NCBI GenBank assembly: GCA_002687175.1
Contig: NYZP01000001.1
Span: 149,607 to 213,606 of the forward strand
Reading direction: 5' to 3'
DNA length: 64,000 bases
Source: Parcubacteria group bacterium
GTDB lineage: Bacteria; Patescibacteriota; Patescibacteriia; Buchananbacterales; UBA6539
In this document: positions 19,836-29,553 of the stretch, in pieces
Layout of the letters: each line of letters opens with the position of its first letter
How positions within the stretch are numbered: the stretch's first letter is position 1
Translations under genes and position numbers: made by a program
The notes under the pieces: model-generated
Database searches by the model: none
The model's input: the letters and a program-made list of their open reading frames with translations, nothing else
Told to the model about the DNA's origin: nothing

Positions 19836-20402
19836 TTAACGGTAGCCCCTTAATTCGACTGAAAAATTTGCCGTGGTACTGGCATTATAATCCGGTAAAT
19901 TACTAGGATTTTTGTAAGACACAATAAGTTCAATATTGATATTTTTTGTTCGAGTTAAATAAGATAAGTCAGTAAAGTTACCAGTAATATTTACTCGCGT
20001 ACTGTTTAAATCCTCGGCCGTGGCTACCCCCAACTGTCTGGTTATTTTATTATCTAGTGAATCAAAATTATAAGTTATATCATCTCCCGGCATAGTTAAA
20101 ACTAAGGTGTCGGCGGCTAAACTACCAATCGCCTGAGCCGATTTTATGTCTTTGGTTAAGGTATTAGAAATAAATCTTATATTTTGATTAACGTCGCTAC
20201 TGGCATAACCACGAATTTGACCACTAATTAAATCTAAAATTAAATAGGAGATACTAACCAAAATAATACCAACAATTAAAATATAAATTATCATTTCAAT
20301 TAATGTAAACCCACCACCTTTTTTAATAGTTGAGTATATCTTTTCTCTCTTTCCCCATAAAAGGTGGGGGGTGAACCCAGATTTTAAGTTAGATTTATTC
20401 AT
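19836..20402 (-). CDS. Pseudopilin with prepilin-type N-terminal domain
   Basis: GGFTLIEMIIYILIVGIIL. Confidence 0.6.
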   Translation of the reverse strand: MNKSNLKSGFTPHLLWGKREKIYSTIKKGGGFTLIEMIIYILIVGIILVSISYLILDLISGQIRGYASSDVNQNIRFISNTLTKDIKSAQAIGSLAADTLVLTMPGDDITYNFDSLDNKITRQLGVATAEDLNSTRVNITGNFTDLSYLTRTKNINIELIVSYKNPSNLPDYNASTTANFSVELRGYR

Positions 20403-20909
20403 GGTGTGTAATTAATTTTAATTTCTTGAAATATTGGCGTGTCTAATCCGTCACCACTCAAAAAAAGTTTATACTTTAGCCATTGATCATCATTATGACC
20501 ATTGGTTAAAGGAATTAAAATCTCGGCTCCATCATCATAAAAACTTCCCGCCCCAGTCGGCCCCATCCAGGCTGACCAAGTACCAGGTGAACCACCGTCG
20601 TCAGGAGCTGTGGCAAGTTGTACTTGGATATCTTCAGCCCCTGAAGGCAGGGTCTCTAGTCAAAATAAAAAATTAAATGATGCGACATTAGTAGTATCAA
20701 AAGCTGATGATTCTAAAATACCGTTAGTGGCATAACCCGAACCTGAATCTTCTCCCCAGCCAATCCGTACATTGTCAAGCTGAACTTGTTGACTACCATC
20801 GCCAGTTAAAAAAGCCTGAAACGTAATCTCATGAAATAAAACGACGATACTGCTACTTAGTAATATCGTTGATGTTTTTTACACTCTTATATTGTGATTA
20901 ATCGAGAGA

Positions 20910-21698
20910 CTATACTTCCGGATGAACCGTTTTAACCAATAGCCTTAGAGCTTCAACTAGCCTAGGGCCTGGTCGATTTAGCAAGGAATCATTAAAGACA
21001 AAAATATTGTTATTTTTAACAGCCGTTAATTTATCATAACCAGGACGTTTTTTCACTGTTTCAATGCTGGCTTGATCGGCAAAACCGCACCAACTTAAAA
21101 TAATGTACTCTGGATCAAACTCAATTAACTGCTCCGTGGTAACCGCTGTGCTGTAAACCCCTGATTTTATCAAAGGGTAATCAGTTTGGGCCATGGCTAC
21201 AATATCCGGTACCCAATTACCAGAAACCGTTGGTGGCTTATGCCATTCTTCAATATATAACCGTGGTTTAGTTGTTGCATACTGCAAACTGTCTTGAATC
21301 TCGTCAAATTGGTTAACCATTTTTTCAATCAATATTGTAGCCTGATCTTCTCTGCCAGTTAACTGACCAATTTGAAAAATACTGTCATACACTTCGTCTA
21401 AAGTTTTAGGCCGAACAGCCACAATATTTAAATCTGAATCTTGATAACGTTTAGTTATATCATCCTGAACAAAAGTGGAAGTTAAAATCAAATCTGGGTG
21501 TAAGGAATTGACTAGATCATCATTAACATCAATCCAGCCACCAACCATTTTTTTTGAGTTAGCGTCATTAGGAAAATCGCAAAACCGGGTTACCCCCACA
21601 ATACTTTCTTCTAAGCCTAAAGCGTACAAAATTTCAGTATTGCTTGGTGCCAAACTGATGATCCGACGATATTTTGTTCTGATCATATTAAGTAACAT
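20910..21698 (-). CDS. ABC transporter substrate-binding protein, TroA/BtuF/FecB-like
   Basis: SLAPSNTEILYALGLEE..VGVTRFCDFP...LHPDLIL is typical of cobalamin/Fe3+-siderophore binding proteins. Confidence 0.5.
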   Translation of the reverse strand: MLLNMIRTKYRRIISLAPSNTEILYALGLEESIVGVTRFCDFPNDANSKKMVGGWIDVNDDLVNSLHPDLILTSTFVQDDITKRYQDSDLNIVAVRPKTLDEVYDSIFQIGQLTGREDQATILIEKMVNQFDEIQDSLQYATTKPRLYIEEWHKPPTVSGNWVPDIVAMAQTDYPLIKSGVYSTAVTTEQLIEFDPEYIILSWCGFADQASIETVKKRPGYDKLTAVKNNNIFVFNDSLLNRPGPRLVEALRLLVKTVHPEV

Positions 21699-22069
21699 TA
21701 TAATCCAAAAAATTTCTTAGCATCTTTAATATCTTTTTTAATTTGTTTTTGTAATTCCGCTATACTGGGAAATCTTTCCACTTCCCGGAATCTAAAAATT
21801 AATTTTTTTTCAACAGTTTTATTATATAAGTCTTGTCTTAAAGTTAATAAATGTGTTTCACAGGTAGCTCCTTTTAAACTAAAAGTTTTGGTCGGTCCTA
21901 AATGGGTGATCCCGGGATAAAATTTTTCTTTAATTTTAATTAAAGAAAAATATACTCCCCACTGCTTCTTCTTTATACTGTTAGGAACTGCAATATTAAT
22001 AGTTGGAAAACCTAACTTTTTTCCCTGACGCTTACCTTTTTTTACCTTGCCTGATAAAGTAAGAAACAT
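21698..22069 (-). CDS. Riboflavin kinase (monofunctional, RibF C-terminal-domain-like)
   Basis: GKRQGKKLGFPTINI...GVYFS...GITHLGPTKTF....ETHLL. Confidence 0.6.
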   Translation of the reverse strand: MFLTLSGKVKKGKRQGKKLGFPTINIAVPNSIKKKQWGVYFSLIKIKEKFYPGITHLGPTKTFSLKGATCETHLLTLRQDLYNKTVEKKLIFRFREVERFPSIAELQKQIKKDIKDAKKFFGL

Positions 22070-22074
22070 AGAGT

Positions 22075-22809
22075 TTATTGTTTGGTGATAACTCCTAAAT
22101 TAACAACCAACAGCTCAAACACTGAAGCTAATATAGTTAATAACACCAGACCTAAAAAAGTAATGACTAATAACTGATTTTGAGCACCACCGGCCAAGCT
22201 CAATACTCCGGCAAAGAAAATTAAAATTACTAACAGTGGTAAGATAGAAATTAGTACCACAATAGATGAATTTAAAACTCGTCGTTTTTTAAAACGATCA
22301 CCTAAAATCTGACCAAAACGATACCACACAATGGCACTACTGGCGGCAAACAGAAAAACTACCAGCAGCGGGATAAAAGCGATAAAAATTCCCTCGACTT
22401 CAAATAATGAACCTAGAATTGAAAAACCAATAAAGCCGAACAGAAATGCCAAAAATAAGGCAATATTAAAACCAAAGAGTACCAGCCCATTTTTCAAAAT
22501 TTGTTCTTTAGCCTTTTCTCGATTTCTTTGCTTTACTTTTTTTATTACCCCCATAAAATTTTTTGTTATTTTTAAATTATTGATTCTTTCTCTAATTTTT
22601 AATAAACGACGGTTGACTTTTGGCGTGATTTTACTGTAATCACTTTTAATCATCAACGAATACAAGGCAACCGCAAAACCAATCAAGAAAACTCCTGGTA
22701 AAATTGGCAAAAACACGCCTAGGGCTCCCAGCAATAAAACAAGTAAGATTATAATTAATAGTACAAACTCAATGGCCAAGGCTAAAATTAAGGTGATGTT
22801 CTTAAGCAT
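22075..22809 (-). CDS. Polytopic membrane protein, hypothetical
   Basis: Multiple hydrophobic helices. No motif. Confidence 0.4.
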   Translation of the reverse strand: MLKNITLILALAIEFVLLIIILLVLLLGALGVFLPILPGVFLIGFAVALYSLMIKSDYSKITPKVNRRLLKIRERINNLKITKNFMGVIKKVKQRNREKAKEQILKNGLVLFGFNIALFLAFLFGFIGFSILGSLFEVEGIFIAFIPLLVVFLFAASSAIVWYRFGQILGDRFKKRRVLNSSIVVLISILPLLVILIFFAGVLSLAGGAQNQLLVITFLGLVLLTILASVFELLVVNLGVITKQ

Positions 22810-22852
22810 TTTATTGACATTTTTGTTTTATTGGCTACCAAATTGATATTTT

Positions 22853-23806
22853 TTATTTCTTTCCTAAAAATTTTCTAACCTTGGGAAGCTGTCCAGCACT
22901 GCCAAGTTTCTTATTTTTGTTAACAATATACTTAGCATATTCGGCCATAAAGATTTTGCCTGGACCACGTAAGTCAAAAACTTCTGGTTGATCACGAAAA
23001 ACTTCACGGTGAACTCTGGTCCAAACTAATCGACCATCGGTATCAATATTAACCTTGGTCACTCCTAACTTAGCGGCTTTTTTAAACTGATTTTCATCAA
23101 CTCCTTTAGCACCGCCTAACTTTCCTCCGGCGGCATTAATTCGCTTAACCTCATCCTGCGGTATAGAACTGGAGCCATGCATCACTAACGGAAATTTAGG
23201 TGCTAATTTTTGAATTCTTTTTAAAATATCAAAATGGATGGCCTGACTACCTGAAAACTTATAGGCTCCATGACTGGTACCAATGGCACAAGCCAAGCTG
23301 TCACAGCCAGTCTGGTTAATAAAATCTTTAGCCTCTTCCGGATCAGTCAAATGAGCATCCTTCTCATCAACGGCAATGTGCTCCTCCACTCCTCCCAATT
23401 GACCAAGCTCGGCTTCAACAGTAATTTTTTTGGCATGAGCGGCCTTTACTACCTTTTTAGTTATGGACACATTATTTTTAAAATCTTGATCTGAAGCATC
23501 TATCATCACCGAAGAGTAAAAACCACTTTTGATTGAGTCTAGGCAGCTTTCTAAATCTCCATGATCAAGATGAACGGCAAACACCGCCTTAGGAAAAATT
23601 TGTTCCGCCGATTTTATCATGCCTTCTAATAAAAGTTTATCAGTATAAGCTCTGGCACCTCTAGAGATTTGAATAATGAAAGGTGCTTGGCTGTCAATAT
23701 TACCACGGAATAATCCCATGATCTGTTCGGCATTGTTTATATTGTAAGCGCCAAGGGCATATTTACCATAAGCGTGTTGAAATAATTTTTTGGTTGAAAC
23801 AATCAT
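22853..23806 (-). CDS. fba: Class II fructose-bisphosphate aldolase
   Basis: YALGAYNINN...HLDHG...GSS..; 317 aa. Confidence 0.9.
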   Translation of the reverse strand: MIVSTKKLFQHAYGKYALGAYNINNAEQIMGLFRGNIDSQAPFIIQISRGARAYTDKLLLEGMIKSAEQIFPKAVFAVHLDHGDLESCLDSIKSGFYSSVMIDASDQDFKNNVSITKKVVKAAHAKKITVEAELGQLGGVEEHIAVDEKDAHLTDPEEAKDFINQTGCDSLACAIGTSHGAYKFSGSQAIHFDILKRIQKLAPKFPLVMHGSSSIPQDEVKRINAAGGKLGGAKGVDENQFKKAAKLGVTKVNIDTDGRLVWTRVHREVFRDQPEVFDLRGPGKIFMAEYAKYIVNKNKKLGSAGQLPKVRKFLGKK

Positions 23807-23814
23807 AATGTAAT

Positions 23815-24765
23815 TTAAATTTTATGATGAGTAGTGATATAACGGACAGTACCTGATTTTCCTCTCATTACCACTGAGTGGGTTATCAGATGATTCTCTT
23901 TATAGATTATGCCATCGATTAAAGGACCCCCCAAAATTCCAGTTGCCGTGAAGGTTAATTGATCACCTTGAGCCATGCTTTCAGCATTAAATAAATAGTT
24001 AATGTCTTTAATCTTGGCTTTAGTTAAACATTTTAAAATATCCTTTTCGTCCTCATCAGAACGTGGGTTAAACCGACAAATAATTTCACCGCCATAGATC
24101 TTCATTGGTACAGCAGCCAGAACCGCTTCAGTACTACCACCGACCCCCATTAATAAATCAATCCCTGAATCGGGCATACAAGTAGCAATCGCTCCAGCCA
24201 CATCACCATCAGTAATAAATTTTATCCTAGCACCAGCCTGTCTAATTTCCCCAACTAATTTTTTATGTCGAGGTCGATCCATAACCATTACGGTAATCTC
24301 GCTCACTTTTTTACCTAACGCTTTAGCAGTTTTTTTGATATTGTCTTTGACTGGAGCATCGAGCTCAATTACTTTAGCCGCTTGTGGCCCAGCGGCAATC
24401 TTATTCATATAAGTATCTGGGGCGTGTAAAATTTTGCCTTTAGCCCCGGTGACAATCATTGATTGGGCATTACTACGACCGTGAGCTACGCTGTCGGTTG
24501 CTTCAAGAGGATCAATTGCTAAATCCATTTTTGGGCCTTTACCAGCACCAACTTTTTCGCCGGTATACAATTTTGGGGCCTCATCTTTTTCACCTTCACC
24601 AATCACCACTTCACCTGCAAAATCAACTTGATTAAATCGATCACGCATTTCATCCACTGCCGCTTTGTCAGCCGCCTTAGGATCTTTTTTCCCCACCCAT
24701 TTAGCGGCGGCAATTGCGGCCGCTTCGGTCACTCGGACAAATTCTAAAGCTAGGTTACGGTCCAT
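23815..24765 (-). CDS. glpX: Class II fructose-1,6-bisphosphatase (GlpX)
   Basis: MDRNLALEFVRVTEAAAIAAAKWVGKKDPKAADKAAVDEMR matches the GlpX N-terminus. 316 aa. Confidence 0.85.
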   Translation of the reverse strand: MDRNLALEFVRVTEAAAIAAAKWVGKKDPKAADKAAVDEMRDRFNQVDFAGEVVIGEGEKDEAPKLYTGEKVGAGKGPKMDLAIDPLEATDSVAHGRSNAQSMIVTGAKGKILHAPDTYMNKIAAGPQAAKVIELDAPVKDNIKKTAKALGKKVSEITVMVMDRPRHKKLVGEIRQAGARIKFITDGDVAGAIATCMPDSGIDLLMGVGGSTEAVLAAVPMKIYGGEIICRFNPRSDEDEKDILKCLTKAKIKDINYLFNAESMAQGDQLTFTATGILGGPLIDGIIYKENHLITHSVVMRGKSGTVRYITTHHKI

Positions 24766-25213
24766 AAATTCATTAAATAATACTCGTTAATTATATCAAA
24801 AAACCGCCCATAAGGCGATTTTTCGTACCTCTGAAAGTTCGTTTTTTATGTCTTCATACTCTTGGTATCCCTTCGGGGAGCTACTTTTGTAACCAAAAGT
24901 AGCCAAAAGTTCCGGGGGCCTTTATTCGCCTTATGGGCGGTTTACCTATAGCTCTCTCGCCAGGGGCTCAGAACGGCCCCCGGACCCCCGCCCACAAGAA
25001 CATTACTGTGGTATTAAATCTATAGAGGCAAAATCATTAGCAAAAAACTAATAAATGGGGGTTTGGGGGCGGCGCCTTAGCGCCCCTATAGATACGGCAG
25101 AGGGTTAATCAACGTGATAGCGATTCGCCGCCCCCAAGAGTTTTCTGACCACTTTTGCGGCCAAAAGTGGTCACCGCCGTCAGGCAGAACAATACCACAC
25201 GGGTGACAAAAAT
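24766..25213. other. GC-rich, ORF-free, hairpin-dense block (candidate structured RNA or MITE-like element) of undetermined family; on the minus strand it forms the leader of glpX
   Basis: 18-bp perfect inverted repeat AAACCGCCCATAAGGCGA (24798-24815) with its complement at 24920-24937. 9-bp hairpins CTACTTTTG/CAAAAGTAG and CCACTTTTG/CAAAAGTGG. A UUCG tetraloop hairpin (cccTTCGggg). GGGGCGGCG/CGCCGCCCC long-range pair. CCCCCAAACCCCC on the minus strand. No ORF of 60 aa or more. Confidence 0.4.
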
Positions 25214-25699
25214 TTAAATCTGATCAGCAATAGCAATATCGTACTTTTCCGAAATAATCTGCTGAATTGTTTTGAGGTGCTGCTCACCAACTTCTTCAGT
25301 AATAGCGGTGGCAAAATATTCAGCTAATAGTGGATTACCATGACCTTCTAGAATTTCACCAATGCACTCACCACAAGGATGCCTGCCATCAACAATATCA
25401 ACTAAACAATGACAACTAGCTCCCTCACCATGGCCAGGAGTTTTTTCCAAACAGTAAGTACAAGGTTTCTCTAAACAACAAGCATAATCACCATGGGTCA
25501 TCATTTCTCCCATCATCGAATTCTTCATGGTAATAAAATGCTCTCGATTATGTTCCATATTACCAAAACTGATATCAGCCATCATATGATGTCGGCTACC
25601 GCTGAAACCACCAAAAAAACCAAAGCTAATAACAACTATTACCGCTAAAAGCAAAACCATACTAGAATAAAACGGAAATTTATTATTTAAGTTATTCAT
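25214..25699 (-). CDS. Cys/His/Met-rich secreted or membrane-anchored protein, putative metal binding; start probably MNNLNNK
   Basis: HHMMADISFGNMEHNREH and CCLEKPCTYCLEKTPGHGEGASCHC...CGEC. Confidence 0.35.
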   Translation of the reverse strand: MNNLNNKFPFYSSMVLLLAVIVVISFGFFGGFSGSRHHMMADISFGNMEHNREHFITMKNSMMGEMMTHGDYACCLEKPCTYCLEKTPGHGEGASCHCLVDIVDGRHPCGECIGEILEGHGNPLLAEYFATAITEEVGEQHLKTIQQIISEKYDIAIADQI

Positions 25700-25709
25700 G
25701 TTTTTGAGA

Positions 25710-26192
25710 TTAAAAATTAATTGAATTAGTAACTGCACCATCATGCAGGGCAAAGATCTTAAAATCTCCCCTCTTAATTCCTGGCATGCCTGATGAACCA
25801 GCCGGCATTCCCGGCAAAGCAACAACCTCTAAATCAGGGTTTTGCTCTCTAATCATGGTTACGGCATCCAAAGGAACATGACCTTCAATAGCCACGTCAT
25901 CCATTACCGTAGTATGACAACTTTGCATGTTGTGCGGGATATTATACTTATCTTTAATATCAGCAGTATCGTTAGTAGACACTACCGTGACATCATAACC
26001 ATTTTTCTTAAGATAAGAAATATAGTTAACGCAACAACCACATGACAGCGATTTATAGACAGTTACTTTTGGACCTGTACCGTTAGATATTGGATCGGTT
26101 GAATCACCAGAAAAGACTAGAGCAATAATAACCGCAATCATTGCACCCCCAATGAAACCATACATTAAATTTTTATTAAGAGTATTATTCAT
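25710..26192 (-). CDS. CopG-like CxCC protein (DUF411-like), copper-associated thioredoxin-like fold
   Basis: VYKSLSCGCCVNY...CHTTVMDDVAIEGHVP pattern. N-terminal TM helix. Confidence 0.45.
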   Translation of the reverse strand: MNNTLNKNLMYGFIGGAMIAVIIALVFSGDSTDPISNGTGPKVTVYKSLSCGCCVNYISYLKKNGYDVTVVSTNDTADIKDKYNIPHNMQSCHTTVMDDVAIEGHVPLDAVTMIREQNPDLEVVALPGMPAGSSGMPGIKRGDFKIFALHDGAVTNSINF

Positions 26193-26262
26193 AAAATATT
26201 TTGATTAATCATAACAAAAAAACCTACTCTTAAATTCAAAGAATAAGCTTATTAAATCTTAG

Positions 26263-26670
26263 CTAGTAAATTTTGGGATGAATACTCCCCTGACTAAATA
26301 GAGGGGTTAAATAGACAAACAGTTTAAAATCACCAAACTGTTGATGAATATTTTTAAAATAATTATTGACTGAATTTAAATTTTTATATAAATGCTTAAT
26401 CAGCAGTAAGAATAAAACGCTTACCGATAAACCTAAAATCAAGACATCAGCTGTTGCCAGAACAGTATTTTTGATTACTCCTAAATATTGGGCTTGGCAC
26501 ATGTTCTGATGACCCATCATTAAACAATGAGAATGGGATCCAAAGATTACAAAAATACTGGCATAAAGTAATATACCAACCATGCCAAAAACAAAAGCGG
26601 TCAGTATGGTGGTTCTGCCAATATTTTTTAAATTTTTAATCATATTAATTCTTATAATATTATTATACAA
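26263..26670 (-). CDS. Small polytopic membrane protein with HSHCLMMGHQNMC motif
   Basis: Three hydrophobic helices. Confidence 0.35.
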   Translation of the reverse strand: MYNNIIRINMIKNLKNIGRTTILTAFVFGMVGILLYASIFVIFGSHSHCLMMGHQNMCQAQYLGVIKNTVLATADVLILGLSVSVLFLLLIKHLYKNLNSVNNYFKNIHQQFGDFKLFVYLTPLFSQGSIHPKIY

Positions 26671-26704
26671 CTACATTTAGTAGTAGTCAAATTAAGTGAA
26701 TTTT

Positions 26705-26746
26705 TTAAATTAAAAAATCTCCCTTGTTCATCCTTGAACAAGGGAG
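26705..26746 (-). terminator. Strong intrinsic terminator
   Basis: 12-bp perfect stem CTCCCTTGTTCA-tcc-TGAACAAGGGAG with an adjacent A/T run. Confidence 0.6.
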
Positions 26747-26764
26747 GTGGTACCGCGGCAAGAC

Positions 26765-27421
26765 TTACAAATCTCTGGGTTTGAAACCACCCATGGACGT
26801 TTGTGTCATACTCATGGTTGCGTCTCTGACACCTTGTGGTGTGGCCACTACAGTTACTGCGTGCTCGTCATCCGTTGGAAAACCCATGCCTTTGGCCAGT
26901 TCCTTGGCATCAATACCAATGCCGAAAGTCAAAAGTTCCCAACCCAGTGACTGTGCCTCGGCGGCGATGGCTTGCAGCGCTTCCGGCTGCAAAGATTTAT
27001 CCGATTCATTATCATCGCCGTCGCTGAAAACACCGATCACTACTCTGGTATCATCCCGCAATTCTGTCGGAATTCGCGACCGGTAAAAATTGAGAAGATC
27101 GTTAATGGTCTTATTGACCGTTTCCCAAAGTAGGGTCATGGCATGAGGACGATAGCCCTCAAGCATACCGAAGTCTTCCACTGGCATCAAGGGAATCTTC
27201 ACCTCATTGTCACTGGCGAAAGTGATGACCGCACAAAGATATTGTCGTCCATCATCACATTTCCTTAATGCTTCGTGATGGGCGTCCATCGCTTCCGGCG
27301 GTGTATTTCCATACTCCTCCATCGAGCCTGATTCATCAAGAATCGATACAGCAATAGTGGTCGCCTTCCCAGTGGTAATCTTCGTTTGAGCTGGTACTAT
27401 CGCAAACCCATTTTCGGTCAT
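26765..27421 (-). CDS. von Willebrand factor A (vWA) domain protein of atypical (higher) G+C
   Basis: MIDAS motif ILDESGSM (DxSGS), vWA fold spacing. Likely start MTENGF, preceded by AAAGGAGGG. GC-rich codons. Confidence 0.6.
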   Translation of the reverse strand: MTENGFAIVPAQTKITTGKATTIAVSILDESGSMEEYGNTPPEAMDAHHEALRKCDDGRQYLCAVITFASDNEVKIPLMPVEDFGMLEGYRPHAMTLLWETVNKTINDLLNFYRSRIPTELRDDTRVVIGVFSDGDDNESDKSLQPEALQAIAAEAQSLGWELLTFGIGIDAKELAKGMGFPTDDEHAVTVVATPQGVRDATMSMTQTSMGGFKPRDL

Positions 27422-27587
27422 AATCCAGCCCTCCTTTCTTGTTAGTGAAACCTCCATCAAGAAGTTGACATCAGCAAAATACTGAGCAACTGTTGATGTT
27501 ATACTAATTATTAAATTTTGTCAATACTAAAAACCGCCTTTCCTTGTTAATTCGCCACACCAGTGATTTAACAAGATAAACGGTTTA

Positions 27588-28751
27588 TTACCTAAAAATA
27601 TTTGGATTAATTTTTATAATTTTATCGTCATTAAAACGCATGGTACCCCGACCATCGGTATTAGAAGTAGTTAAGTACATAAATCCGGCATTGTCTAAAA
27701 CCACTGCCCTCAACCGACCAAACTCTTGAAAAAAATGAGAACTAAGTTCACCGCTAGCTAAACTAAATTCATATAAAGCTTCGCCACGTAAACCGGCAAA
27801 AAAGATACTGTCATTCCAAAAAATTGCTCCGGCCGGGGCCCAAGTAACATCTGGACCAGAGTGAATTCGCGGGGAAATCATTTCGACTTCTTCTTCGTCC
27901 CCTTGAACAACCGGCCAACCATAATTCTTACCAGGCTCAATTAAGTTCAATTCATCTAAACCGGAAAGTGCTCCTGATCGGCCATGTTCGGTAATCCATA
28001 GTCGATCAAATCGATCCCAAACTAACCCTTGAGGATTACGGTGACCATAAGAGTAAATCTCTGTACCAAAAGGATTATCTTCAGGCACTGAACCATCAGC
28101 ATTAAGCCGTAAAATTTTACCACCTAAGTAATCTAGATCCTGAGCCTTGTCACTTTGACCGGCATCACCAGTAGTGATATATAATTTATCATCAGGGCCA
28201 AATTCAATTCGACCACCATCATGAAAACGAGCCCCGGGAATATTATCAATAATTATGGTCTTATTTTCTAAACTGTTGCCAACTAATTGATAGCGTTCAA
28301 CTCGATTGATCAAACCATCTTTGGTCTTGGTGGTTAAGTATAAATAGATTAAATTATTATTAACAAAATCAGGATGTAAGGCCAATCCCTGTAAACCACC
28401 TTCACCAACATGCTCTACCCCAGAAATTTTAATCACCGTTCTGTCTTGGCCAATTTTTAATAAATTACCTGGTCGTTCGGTAACTAATAACTCACCAGTT
28501 GGTAAAAAAGTTATCTCCCAAGGTATTTGAAGGTCACTGACAATTATTTCGATATCTTCGGTTTCTGCCATTTCCTCTGAACTGACACCAATGTTGCCAC
28601 TTGGACCAGTTGGTGTAAAAACTTCAACTACAATTTTTTGACGAAAAAAATAAGCACCTGTTAAAATAATGGCCGCCGAAATAATTATAATTAATAAAGC
28701 TTTTTTTCCGCCAGAGGCGGATCCGCCTTTGGCGGACATATTATCTTTCAT
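27588..28751 (-). CDS. Soluble glucose/sorbosone dehydrogenase-like (PQQ-type) beta-propeller protein with N-terminal TM anchor
   Basis: GLQGLALHPDF, NRVERY, HDGGRIEFGPDDKLYITTGDAG, GKILRLNADGS.P.DNPF, YSYGHRNPQGLVWD, ITEHG. Confidence 0.6.
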   Translation of the reverse strand: MKDNMSAKGGSASGGKKALLIIIISAAIILTGAYFFRQKIVVEVFTPTGPSGNIGVSSEEMAETEDIEIIVSDLQIPWEITFLPTGELLVTERPGNLLKIGQDRTVIKISGVEHVGEGGLQGLALHPDFVNNNLIYLYLTTKTKDGLINRVERYQLVGNSLENKTIIIDNIPGARFHDGGRIEFGPDDKLYITTGDAGQSDKAQDLDYLGGKILRLNADGSVPEDNPFGTEIYSYGHRNPQGLVWDRFDRLWITEHGRSGALSGLDELNLIEPGKNYGWPVVQGDEEEVEMISPRIHSGPDVTWAPAGAIFWNDSIFFAGLRGEALYEFSLASGELSSHFFQEFGRLRAVVLDNAGFMYLTTSNTDGRGTMRFNDDKIIKINPNIFR

Positions 28752-28757
28752 AGATCT

Positions 28758-29294
28758 TTATTCAAAAATTACTGGCACTTCAAGCTGATCATCAAGTTCT
28801 CTAAGATCGGAAGGATTATCTTTTTGTAAAATCAACTTTCCTTTACCGAAACCAGGAGAACTAAAGTCAAGCTCTGCCTCAAAAGACACAAAATCTTCTG
28901 TCATCCATTCGCCTTGCGCTGTGGCAATACCAACAGCAATTTGCTCGCCAGCGGCGTTCAATAATCTAACTGGAAAATCTCCTTCAAAAAACCAAACCCC
29001 ACTGGCACTTCCGATAATTTTTAAAGGACTCCTAATAACTTGACTTGGTCGTGGTGATTCAATCCTGATTAAATCCATTTTTTCCAGTTCATTACCAATA
29101 TCCTCGACGAAAATTTGATCACCGGCTCGACATTGCCTAGGGTAACTTTTCATAATAGAATTTCCAGCCGCTACACAATCTTCAAAACTTAAAATTTGGT
29201 CATTATTAGTGACAAGATCATCTTTAACATAATAAAAATAACCAACAATCAAAATTGCTAATGCTAAAATAATTAAAAGAAAATATTTTTTCAT
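28758..29294 (-). CDS. Hypothetical exported/lipoprotein-like protein
   Basis: N-terminal hydrophobic helix. No motif. Confidence 0.35.
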   Translation of the reverse strand: MKKYFLLIILALAILIVGYFYYVKDDLVTNNDQILSFEDCVAAGNSIMKSYPRQCRAGDQIFVEDIGNELEKMDLIRIESPRPSQVIRSPLKIIGSASGVWFFEGDFPVRLLNAAGEQIAVGIATAQGEWMTEDFVSFEAELDFSSPGFGKGKLILQKDNPSDLRELDDQLEVPVIFE

Positions 29295-29540
29295 CTATAA
29301 ATTAAAACCAAATACATAAAATGCTAAAAAAGTATGGATCAATACTGAAACAAAAAAAGCCCACCAATAATAACAATGATACTTATATACTTTCTTAAAC
29401 CATGAGTATCTAAACAACCAAGTTGTAATTTTTTGGCCGGCTAAACAACGGCAAGAAAAAAACACTAACAAAATAAAAATTACGTTAGCAATACCAGCCC
29501 AAAATAATATTTTTACAGCCAGAGCAGTATCAAGCATCAT
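29295..29540 (-). CDS. Small membrane protein
   Basis: 81 aa with two hydrophobic helices. Confidence 0.3.
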   Translation of the reverse strand: MMLDTALAVKILFWAGIANVIFILLVFFSCRCLAGQKITTWLFRYSWFKKVYKYHCYYWWAFFVSVLIHTFLAFYVFGFNL

Positions 29541-29553
29541 TATGATTTAATCA

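Noticed and set aside
24766-25213. RNase P RNA, tmRNA or SRP RNA assignment for the GC-rich block
   Set aside because: Partial resemblances exist (AAAGTTCCGGGGG versus GGAAAGTCCGGGC; CAGAACGG versus ACAGAACC). However, the motifs are in the wrong order and spacing for RNase P, no T-arm plus CCA for tmRNA, and no GGAAGGAAGCAGC for SRP. It is left unassigned.
26724-27086. Plus-strand ORFs 26724..27086, 26747..26950 and 26836..27027 overlapping the vWA gene
   Set aside because: They are antisense frames in GC-rich DNA. The vWA frame has the MIDAS motif and a proper RBS and terminator.
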